A DNA stretch of 64,000 bases, taken from contig CAVZDU010000001.1 in NCBI GenBank assembly GCA_963774265.1, forward strand, positions 960,001 to 1,024,000, in the 5' to 3' direction. This DNA comes from an uncultured Chloroflexia bacterium (GTDB taxonomy: Bacteria; Chloroflexota; Anaerolineae; CG2-30-64-16). The translations under genes and the position numbers were made by a program. The notes beneath the pieces were generated by a model. That model saw only the letters and a list, made by a program, of their open reading frames with translations. It was not told where the DNA came from and made no database searches. Shown piece after piece: positions 31,123 to 40,300 of this stretch; the stretch's first letter is position 1; each line of letters begins with the position of its first letter.

Positions 31123-33015
31123 ATGTTGAGCCGGCTTTTTCTCCCTAACCTTCGTTCGCGGCTTGTGGCAGTCGTTTTTCTGGCGCTAATGCCTGCGTTC
31201 GTGCTGCTGATTGCGCTCTCGGCGCTCGAGCGCGATCGGGCGGAAGAGAGCGCGCGCCTCGAAAGCATGGCGCTGGCGCAGCTACTTAAGACCCAGTACG
31301 AGGGGATCATCACCGATACGCACCAGTCGTTGCGCTGGCTCTCGGACTATCCCGAGCTCACCGGCGGCGACCGCGCGGCCTGCAACGCGCGGCTGCAGCG
31401 TTTTCAGGAGGTCACGAACGATCTCCTGGTCTTGAGCGTGTCTGACCCCAGCGGCGCGGTCTTCTGCGATAGTTCCGATCGTGCGGCCCCCGGTGGCCGC
31501 ACCGTGGCAGATCAGCTCTTCTTCCGGCGGGCCGCGGAGACCAGGGCGTTTTCCATCGGCAATCTGCAGATCGATGAGGCGTCCGGCAGGCATCACCTGA
31601 CCGTCGGCTATCCCATCCTCGACCAGGCCGGTGACGTGCAGGCCGTCATCGGTGCAGGGCTGGACGTCGCGCAACTGGGCCTGCGCCTGACCAACACCCA
31701 GTTCTATCAGTACGCGTCGCTCCTGCTCATCGACCGCACCGGCGACGTCATCCTGCGCTATCCCGATCCGGAGCGATTCATCGGACAGAATGTGGCGGAC
31801 AGGGAGCTTTTCAAGCAGGTGCAGGCTCGCCGCGAAGGCTGGACGAAAGCACCCGGGCTAACCGCCGTGCGCCGGATTTTCGGATTCACCGCCATTGGCC
31901 CTGCCGATGCACCGGATCTGTATGCGCTCGCGGGGCTCAGCGAGGAGTACGTCTTCTCCGGCGCCCAGCGGATGCTGCGGCTCAGCCTGACCGGCCTGGC
32001 CGTCATCGGCCTGGTCGCGCTGATCGCGGCTTGGGTGAGCGCTGAGCTGATGATCGTGCGCCGGACACAACGCGTGGTGGACGCGGCCCGTAGGATGGCC
32101 GCGGGAGACCTTTCCACGCGCGCGGGGCTTCCCGGGGATGCCAGCGAGGTGGGCCAGCTCGCGCAGGCCTTCGATTCGATGGCCGGAACCTTGCAGGAAC
32201 GCGATGCCGAGAACGCGCGGCTTATCGCCCAGATGCAGCAATTGAACGCGGGGCTGGAGGCTCGGATCGTCAAGCGCACCGAGCAGTTGGTCGTCAGCAA
32301 CACCAGGCTGGTGACCTCGCAAGCCGAGCTGCGCCGCCTCTCCGAGGAGCTCATGCGCATCACCGAGCTGGAACGCACGCGCATCTCGCGCGAGATCCAC
32401 GACCAGCTCGGCCAGCTGCTCACTGCCATCAAGATGGAATTGCGCGCGATCGAGCGGGCTCTGGGGCGTGATCCCCGGCGCGCGGGCGAGCACATCACCG
32501 AGACGGTCGGCCTGGTCGACGAGACCATCAAGACCGTGCGCCGCATCGCGGCCGACCTGCGCCCCGGCATCCTGGACGACTTCGGCCTGGCCGCGGCGAT
32601 CGAGTGGCAGATCCAGCAGTTCCGCGCCCGGACGGGCGTGGAGGCGGAGCTCGATGCGGAGCTCGATGAGGAGAGCCTGTCCAAAGAAATGGCGACTGCG
32701 GCTTTCCGCATTCTACAGGAGACCCTGACCAACGTGATCCGGCATGCGGAGGCCACGCGGGTCCAGGTGGTCGTTCGGACCACCGACGCGGATCTCATCC
32801 TGACCGTGCGGGATAACGGCAAGGGCCTGCACCCGGACCCAAGCCACAAGTCCTTCGGGGTGGTTGGCATGAAGGAACGCGCGCGGCAGTTCGGCGGGTC
32901 GGTGACGATCTCGGACAACCCAGGCGGGGGCGCCGTGGTCCAGCTCAGAATGCCTCTGCACCTCTACGACGTGGCGCCCGCACCGCAGACCACCGTCTTG
33001 TCAGACAAAACCTGA
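31123..33015 (+). CDS. Membrane sensor histidine kinase (Cache, HAMP, HisKA_3)
   Basis: Two TM segments, EVGQLAQAFDSM, ERTRISREIHDQLGQ, QETLTNVIRHA, DNGKG, GMKERA. Confidence 0.92.
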   Translation: MLSRLFLPNLRSRLVAVVFLALMPAFVLLIALSALERDRAEESARLESMALAQLLKTQYEGIITDTHQSLRWLSDYPELTGGDRAACNARLQRFQEVTNDLLVLSVSDPSGAVFCDSSDRAAPGGRTVADQLFFRRAAETRAFSIGNLQIDEASGRHHLTVGYPILDQAGDVQAVIGAGLDVAQLGLRLTNTQFYQYASLLLIDRTGDVILRYPDPERFIGQNVADRELFKQVQARREGWTKAPGLTAVRRIFGFTAIGPADAPDLYALAGLSEEYVFSGAQRMLRLSLTGLAVIGLVALIAAWVSAELMIVRRTQRVVDAARRMAAGDLSTRAGLPGDASEVGQLAQAFDSMAGTLQERDAENARLIAQMQQLNAGLEARIVKRTEQLVVSNTRLVTSQAELRRLSEELMRITELERTRISREIHDQLGQLLTAIKMELRAIERALGRDPRRAGEHITETVGLVDETIKTVRRIAADLRPGILDDFGLAAAIEWQIQQFRARTGVEAELDAELDEESLSKEMATAAFRILQETLTNVIRHAEATRVQVVVRTTDADLILTVRDNGKGLHPDPSHKSFGVVGMKERARQFGGSVTISDNPGGGAVVQLRMPLHLYDVAPAPQTTVLSDKT

Positions 33016-33132
33016 CATGCGCATGGGGCGGGGGCCGATTGTGGAGCCAGTGTTCATCTGCTAGTCTATAGGTCGCAGTTATTGCGTCAGCAGTTATTGC
33101 GACATAGGTACAAGATAGACTATAGGATCGAG

Positions 33133-33519
33133 ATGGACAAAGGATTTACGGTGCTCGTGATGGACGATGCAGCCGTGGTGCGCAGCCTGCTGGTGGCGAT
33201 GTTAGCGGAGATCGACTCCGTGGAGCGTGTCATCCAGGCTGGGGACGCGGCGTCTGCTTTGCATCTGGTCGCTGAACACAAGCCGGATATCGCTATTCTG
33301 GATATCAAGGTTCCCGGCGCTGGCGCGGTCCAGAACGGCATCGACGTGCTGCGCCAGGTGAAGCGGACGCACCCCGCCACCAAGGTGATCATGCTGACCA
33401 ACCACGCCACCGAGCGGTATCGGATGGAATGCCAGAGGGCGGGTGCGGATTACTTCTTCGATAAGTCCAGTGAGTTCGAGCAGTTATTGGACAGAGTGGC
33501 CGCGTATGGGGATCAGTAA
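33133..33519 (+). CDS. Stand-alone response regulator receiver (NarL-type REC)
   Basis: VLVMDD, AILDI, NGIDVL, VIMLT, GADYFFDK. No output domain. Confidence 0.88.
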   Translation: MDKGFTVLVMDDAAVVRSLLVAMLAEIDSVERVIQAGDAASALHLVAEHKPDIAILDIKVPGAGAVQNGIDVLRQVKRTHPATKVIMLTNHATERYRMECQRAGADYFFDKSSEFEQLLDRVAAYGDQ

Positions 33520-33662
33520 GCATGTCAGATATTTCTTACAGGCTCGTAGGCGGAATCCTGAGGCGATCTTGCGGCATCGGCTGATACACAAGGTCAAAAG
33601 CACGGCGTATACTGGGGCCATAAGTTTGATTGAGTCGAGCGAAAACAGAAGGAGAGTTGAGA

Positions 33663-33935
33663 ATGTTGAACTTCATCGTCTGGATCGTCGTCGGTGGTTT
33701 GTTGGGCTGGATTGCCAGCATGATCATGCGGACCGATGCGCAGCAGGGTCCCCTGCTCAACATCATCGTCGGTATCGTCGGTTCTTTCGTGGCCGGACTG
33801 GTCCTGACCCCGCTCTTGGGCGGCGGCACAATCAACCAGGGCGACTTCAGCCTTACGGGCCTGTTGATCTCCCTGCTGGGTGCAGTTGTTTTGCTGGCGA
33901 TCGTCAACCTGTTCCGCCGGGGTTCGGTGCGGTAA
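33663..33935 (+). CDS. GlsB/YeaQ/YmgE (transglycosylase-associated) membrane protein
   Basis: WIVVGGLLGWIA...NIIVGIVGS...SLLGAVVLL. GGAG RBS. Confidence 0.9.
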   Translation: MLNFIVWIVVGGLLGWIASMIMRTDAQQGPLLNIIVGIVGSFVAGLVLTPLLGGGTINQGDFSLTGLLISLLGAVVLLAIVNLFRRGSVR

Positions 33936-33951
33936 GCAGCACTTTGTGCCT

Positions 33952-33992
33952 GGGTCGCTCCCCACACCATCATCTTGTATGGGGAGCGACCC
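33952..33992. terminator. Stem-loop downstream of the glsB-like gene
   Basis: GGGTCGCTCCCCA...TGGGGAGCGACCC. Confidence 0.55.
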
Positions 33993-34183
33993 GTAAGAAG
34001 TTATTATTCAAGCGTTTATCCTTTGTAATGGGTTTTGTAACGGGCGTGTGATTAAGTGGGTTGTGAGTGGATTGACAGTATTGATGTGGGCGTTGGCGGG
34101 TTGAGTCGGGTGAGTGGGGTGAAACAGGTTGAGTGTGAATCGCTAGACTGAAGCGGTGGGAATTTGGGAATGAGATAGGGCGG

Positions 34184-34229
34184 GTCAGGGCCGGTGGCGA
34201 CGCTGGGGGGCGTTGTTGCCGGCCCTGAC
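34184..34229. other. GC-rich hairpin about 50 bp downstream of the FGE-domain gene
   Basis: GTCAGGGCCGG...CCGGCCCTGAC with a wobble-paired inner stem. Confidence 0.6.
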
Positions 34230-34276
34230 TCATTTAAAAGGGTTCCTTTTTTGCATTGAGGCTGCCGTCTCGGCGC

Positions 34277-35185
34277 TCATGGCGCCGGTGCATTTGAGGC
34301 CGCACAGCGGAACCCGATATAGTGGCCCTGGGTGGACGGAGGGGCGAGGTAACGGGTCGCCGTGCGCAAGCCGGTGCTGCCGACGTACCAGGCGCCGCCG
34401 CGCAGCACTTTATTGGTCCCCGCCGCCGGACCGGGCGGGTTGCTGCCCTGTGACGTGACATAGTAGTCCTCATCATACCAGTCGTTGACCCAATCCCACA
34501 CGTTGCCAGCCATGTCCACCGCGCCGTACGGACTGGTTCCTGCCGCATAGCTGCCCACCGCGCTGGTGTCGCCGACACAGAAGCCGTCCACAAAACCATT
34601 TGCCAGCGCACAGGTCGGAGCAGCGTCTCCCCATGGGTAGGCGCGCGTGTTGTTGGCGCCACGGGCCGCCATCTCCCATTCCGCCTCCGTGGGCAGCCGC
34701 TTGCCAAGCCACCGGCAGTAGGCGTCGGCCTGGTGCCAGCTCACGTAGATGACCGGGAAACTGGCGTAGGCCGCATTGCCGTAATAGGACGCACGAGTGT
34801 AGGATGAGCCTGAAGACGGCGGCGTGCACCCTTCGGCCGCCACGCAAAGGGCATACTGCGCGTTCGTCACTTCCGTCCGGTCGATTGTGTAAGCATCCAG
34901 GGAGACCGGATGTAGCGGGAGCTCATCCTCGAAGCATTGAGAATCGCCGTTGTGCGCCGGATCGCAGCCCATCCGGACGGTTCCGGCTGGCACCAGGATC
35001 ATGACGCTTGGGAGAACGCTCGACATAGTCTTTCCGATCAGCGGCAGATAGACCCGGGAACCATCGCCGTTGGCATCGCCCTGCGCCGGCCTTATCGGAC
35101 CGTGACTTGCCGCCAGGCTGCCCGCGGGCAGTAGCAGCACGATCAGCACGGTCATGGTGATCGTTCGATAGACGCTACGCTTCAT
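34277..35185 (-). CDS. Secreted FGE-sulfatase (SUMF1/CLec-fold) domain protein
   Basis: Signal peptide, VYLPLI motif, EVTNAQY, PVxxVSW, RLPTEAEWE, DMAGNVWDW, RGGAW, GFRC. Confidence 0.92.
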   Translation of the reverse strand: MKRSVYRTITMTVLIVLLLPAGSLAASHGPIRPAQGDANGDGSRVYLPLIGKTMSSVLPSVMILVPAGTVRMGCDPAHNGDSQCFEDELPLHPVSLDAYTIDRTEVTNAQYALCVAAEGCTPPSSGSSYTRASYYGNAAYASFPVIYVSWHQADAYCRWLGKRLPTEAEWEMAARGANNTRAYPWGDAAPTCALANGFVDGFCVGDTSAVGSYAAGTSPYGAVDMAGNVWDWVNDWYDEDYYVTSQGSNPPGPAAGTNKVLRGGAWYVGSTGLRTATRYLAPPSTQGHYIGFRCAASNAPAP

Positions 35186-35322
35186 GGAAGCACCTCTCAA
35201 TGCACGGAATTCTTACGGGATGAAGCGGCAATGACCCATGCGAACTCGACGCCATTCCACGGGCATTATCTATCAGCAGGAAGAATGGTGCAAGGAAGCT
35301 TACCACTGATTCCCCGAGGCCC

Positions 35323-37047
35323 CTACGAGGCGCTTCTGTAACCTGCCGGGCCTTCTGCTTGGATGTGGGGAACGAACAGCAGGAAATCCGCATCGCCCGG
35401 CGCCACCTCTATGAAGATCGCGCTGAACGCGCCCACGCGCCGGTGACGTCCTGGCCGCGCACGAAGAGGATATGCTTGCCCGCGGCCAGCCCCGCCGTGC
35501 TGACGGTGGCAGTGACTTTTTCCGCGGCGCCGTCGAAGCTGCCGTCGACCGCCGTCATGGCATGGGCAGCCGCGCCGGCCTCCCAGGGCGGGACGTCGAT
35601 GGTGAACTCGGCTGCCGCGATCGCCTGCGACGGTTCCACGCCGTTGGTGTTGCGGTAGCGAGTGTCGTCGATCGTGGCCGTCAGCGTGGTCGGGTCACCG
35701 ATCTCGACGCGGGCGGGCGCCAGGGCCAGGCCGAGCGCATCCGGGCCCGCGGGCGTGAGGTAGGGCGTGCGCGCCACCTTGGCCGCGTAGATCAGGCCGG
35801 GCAGGTTCCCTGGCAGGTCGACGCCGGTGAAAGCCGCGCATGGCTGGAAGAACTGCCCGCTCAGCTCGAAAAGGAAGCTGGCCACGCCCAGCTCGCCGTA
35901 CGCGAAGTCAGCGGTCGAGCCATCGGTGGGGTACAGCCCGATGGACTGTTCGGGCGTGTAGCCATTGAAATACGCCATCTTGCGGCCCAGCGTCTGCAAT
36001 GCCGCGCCGTTGGGTGCAACGGTGTCGTTGAAGCCCCACGGCCAGAGCACCAGGGACCCGGCGCTGTGGATGTCGAGGTACACGCCCTCCGCGTCCACGG
36101 GCGCGGCCGAGGTGAGGCTGTCCCCGCGCTGGTCGGGGAAGATCGCGGCCATATAGTCCTGGATCGCCTGCGTCTCGGGCTCGGACGCCGGGCTCGGGCC
36201 GCGATAGGTTTCGGCGCACTGGGCGCCACTGGAGCCGCTCCACTGGCCCCACTGGAAAGCGAAGTTGCGGTTCAGGTCGGCCCCGCGGGAGTCGCTGGCC
36301 ACGCCGCAGTAGTTCTCGTTCGTGTTTTTGCGCCACAGCGCACCGGCCTCGGCCTCCTTGCGGCCATCGGGGTTGGCCTGTAGCATCAGGTGGATCTCGT
36401 GGTGGTCCAGCAGCCAGTGGGCATCAGCATCGGTTGCGTAGTTGTCCACCAGGTATTCGCCGAAGCGGGTGACCAGCTCGGCCGGCGCGTACTCGCGGCC
36501 GTGGATGGAGGCGGTGATGAAGAGCTTCGGCTTCGGGCCGGGGATGGCCTGGTTGGTCAGCACCAGCACCATCAGGTCGTAGCCGTCCGCCTGGCCCGCG
36601 CGCTTCTCCCACGAGTCGCCCACGTCGATCCACGCCGCCAGGTCAGGGTGCGCCGCGGCCAGGGCTGCGGCGGCCGGCGTAGATCTCCTCGACCGTGCGA
36701 TAGCAGGCGAAGCCGGGGATCGCGTCCGCCTGGTCGGGATCGACCGCCCGCGGCTCCGTGAGGCTGGCCGTCTGGGCCGAGTCCACCGCCACATGAAAGC
36801 CCAGGGCCGCCAGGCTGACCAGGTCCGCGGCATCCAGGATGGCCAGGACATACTTATTTTCATGGTTGTTATACTCGAGAAGGTCGTAGGAGGACAGAAG
36901 CCGGAGATCCTCGGCCGTGGCGTAATACACCCGGGCGATGAAGACGCCTTCGAGATCCTGCCCGGACGGCTGGGACGCGGCCATGGGTGACAGGGCCAGG
37001 CTCAGGAGGACCAGCGCGAGAACCAGGGACGACAGACGATGATTCAT
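35323..37047 (-). CDS. Secreted M14 zinc carboxypeptidase (CpT-like) with C-terminal Ig-like domain (frameshifts near 36670 and 35435)
   Basis: IHGREY (HxxE), NPDG, WRKN, GADLNRNF, SEPET, DIHS, FEL. Corrected tail ends ...LLFVPHIQ... Confidence 0.88.
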
Positions 37048-37307
37048 GATGCCAACTTGCCGCGGCCAAGAAACGCAAGTGCTATCCGTTCTGAAGTATA
37101 GCGGATCGTTCTCACGGTCACAAGTCGTCATGCATGGGTGCAGGCGCCACAGTGCAGCACACGTACGGACCAGGCGCTGATCAGGCGTTTGGCCCGTCTT
37201 GAGGAGGATAGATGAAACGTGTTGGAACGTTTCACGTGAATTCACGCAGCATATGTCAAAAAGATTCGCATGTTGAGATGCAAGTATGAAAAGACGTACA
37301 CAAAACT

Positions 37308-37333
37308 TCTGGGCCACCGATCGGTGGCCCAGA
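37308..37333. terminator. Perfect 26-bp palindrome; probable terminator for the minus-strand gene
   Basis: TCTGGGCCACCGATCGGTGGCCCAGA, followed on the minus strand by AGTTTTGT. Confidence 0.6.
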
Positions 37334-37380
37334 CTCATTGGCGACAAATCCGGCGGACGGGCAGCCTCCCGCCGTGCGTT

Positions 37381-40300
37381 CTACTGCACGATGCTGAGCG
37401 AGTCGGTGTCCTCGCCCGCAAAGCCCTGGACCGAGCCGTCCCAGTACATGGCCCAGGAGCAGGTCGTCGTGCTGCCCAGCGAGCCGGGAGTGCAGGTGAA
37501 GATATCCGAGCCGTCACCGCTGGCGCCGGTCACGCTGAAGGCGCCCAGCGTGGTCAGGTAGATCTTGCCCGCCGCATCGACCCAGACGCCGTTCACATTC
37601 TCGTTCGATGTGCTGGACAGCCCAACGTCCGAGCCGTCGAAATACATCGCCCAGGTTCCGGTGGTTGTCGCGCCCAGCGCTGTTGGGGTGAAGACCAGCA
37701 GGTCCTCATCCGCACCGGATGCGCCGGTGACCGAAACGTTGCCGAGCGTGCTGATCAGAAGCCTGCCATCGGGCAGGATCGCGAAGGCATCGATGTCCTC
37801 GTCGCTGGTCGAAAGACCCACGTCCGAGCCGTCGAAATACCAGGACCAGGTTCCTGCGGTGGTCGCGCCCGTGGAGTCGGGCCTGAAGCGTAGGATGTCT
37901 GAGTCATCCACCGCGGCGAATCCGCTCAGGGAGAACGCGGTGTCGAAGCTCATCAGAAGCGAGCCATCCGCCTGCAGCTCGAACGCGTCGACGTCCGTGT
38001 TGGTCAGGCCGATGTCCGAGCCGTCGATATACAGCGACCACGCGCCTGTGCTCATGTCCTTGATCAGGATGTCCTCATCTTCAAACGCCACGCCGCCCGC
38101 TGTGCCGGAGGTGCTGGAACCCAGGTACAGCTTTGGTCCGGTGACCGCCGGAGTGATCGTGATGCTGACCGTAGCAGGTGCTGAGTCCACCACGCCATCG
38201 TTCACCTTGAAGGTAAAGCTGTCCGCTCCGCTGTAGCCAGAGGCCGGCGTATAGGTCAGGCTGGGGGCGGTCCCGCTCAAAGTTCCGTGGCTCGGCCCGC
38301 CGGTCACGCTGAAGATCAGCGGGTTGCCGTCCCCATCGACTCCGGTCAGCACGATCGGGAGGGCCGTGTCCTCGGCAGTGGAAACCGACTGCGGATCGGC
38401 TGTCGGAGTCTGGTTAGGGCTGCCGCCGGTGGCGATGATCAGCACATCGTCGACCGCAGCCTCCACCAGGCTGGCCGTCGATGCGTCGGCCGCTTCGATC
38501 AACAGGTAGATCGTCTGGCCGGCAAACGCGTTCAGGCTGCCGCTGAAGGTGTCCCAGGCTGCGTCATCATCGTCGGCGGCTCCCAGCTCTTCGAAGACGG
38601 TCTGGGTGGTGGCGCCCACGACCTTGACGCGCAGGTAGTCGGCCGTCGAAGAATTGGTGTAGTTCGCCAGGTAATAGCTGAAGGACAGCGCCAGTTCGCT
38701 GCCCGCCGGCAGCGCGATGTCGGCCGAGCGGATGGAGGTCACGCCGCCGTCGAGGTCGTAGCTGCCCGCGCCGGCGCCGGCCAGTGGGCCGGTGACCAGG
38801 TCATAGCTGCCGCTCACGGTCGTCCCCAGCTGCTTGTAGCCGTAGTAGTCGACCGCTTCCGGGTCCACGCGTTCCCACACGCCCAGGGTGGCGGCATCCG
38901 TGCCGTTCGGGTTGCGGGACCAGCCGAGGTCGGACTCAAAGTCGTCGAAGAAGACGGTCACTGGCCCGGCGGGGTTGACAGTGATGCTGACCGTGGCCGG
39001 GTCCGACGTGGCCATCCCATCGCTCACAGCGAATATGAAGCCATCCAGGCCGGTGTAGCCGGCTGCAGGAGTGTACGTCAGGTCCGGCGCAACACCGGTC
39101 AGCGTGCCATTGGCGGGGCCTGTGACCACGTTGTAGGTGACGATGTCGCCGTCGACGTCGGAAGCGCCCAGCATAACGGCCACGGCGGCGCCCTGCTCGG
39201 TCGTGACGGCCTGCGCGATAGCGACCGGTGCGTCGTTGACGGCCGAGACATCGATGCTGACGGTCGCCGGCGCAGAGTTGACCGTGCCGTCGCTGGCCGT
39301 GAAGGTGAAGCTGTCCGGGCCGTTATAGTTGGCGGCCGGCGTGTAGGTGAGGACGGGTGCGGTTCCGCTGAGCGAGCCGTGGCTCGGCTGGGTTTGGGCT
39401 GCGAAGGAAAGCGCGTTGCCGTCGACGTCAGAACCGGTCAGGGTGATAACAAACGCGGTGTCCTCCGCTGCCGTCACTGCCAGCGCATCTGCCATCGGCG
39501 CATCGTTGACCGGCGTGACCGTGATGCTCACCACCGCCTCTGCCGGGGCGGCCTGCCCATCGTCCACGCTGAAAGTGAAGCCGTCCGAACCGCTGTAGTT
39601 CGCGGCCGGCGTGTAGGTCAGGGCCGGCGCGGTCCCACCGAGCGTCCCGTGGCTCGGGCCGTTGACGACGGCGTAGGTCAGCGCGTCGCCGTCCACGTCA
39701 GAGCCGCTGAGGGCGATTGCCACCGCGGCGTCCTCGGCAGTCGTCACCGCCTGCGCATCTGCCAGGGGCGCGTCATTCACCGCCGTGACGGAGATGCTGA
39801 CGGTTGCGGGGGTGGAATCGACCTGCCCGTCATTCGTGACAAAGGCAAAGCTGTCGATGCCGTTGTAGTCAGCCGCCGGCGTGTAGGTCAGGCCAGGCGC
39901 GGTCCCGCTGAGCGTCCCGTGCTGGGGTGCGGCGGTAACCGCGAAAGCGATCGGGTCGGCGTCAGGGTCCGAGCCGGTCAGGAGGATGGCAAGCGCCGTG
40001 TCCTCATCGGTCGTCACAGACTGCGCGTCCGCTGTTGGCTGGTCGTTGGTTTCCGTCACGGTGATATCCACCGTGGCCAGAGCCGAGTCGACGATCCCAT
40101 CGTTGGCGACGAAGGTAAAGCTGTCTCCGCCGGTGTAGCCCGCACCCGGCGTATAGGTCAGGTCAGGTGCGTCGCCGCTCAGCACACCCTGGACGGGCCA
40201 GGTGACGACGCGGTAGGTCAGCGCACCGCCGTCCACGTCAGCGCCGAGCAGAGTGATGTCGACCGGCGTTTCCTGCTGCGTCACAACAGACTGGGGCGTC

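Noticed and set aside
37228-37243. parS site (CGTTTCACGTGAATTC)
   Set aside because: Only 12 of 16 positions match TGTTTCACGTGAAACA, the outer symmetry is broken, it is a single copy, and there is no parAB nearby.
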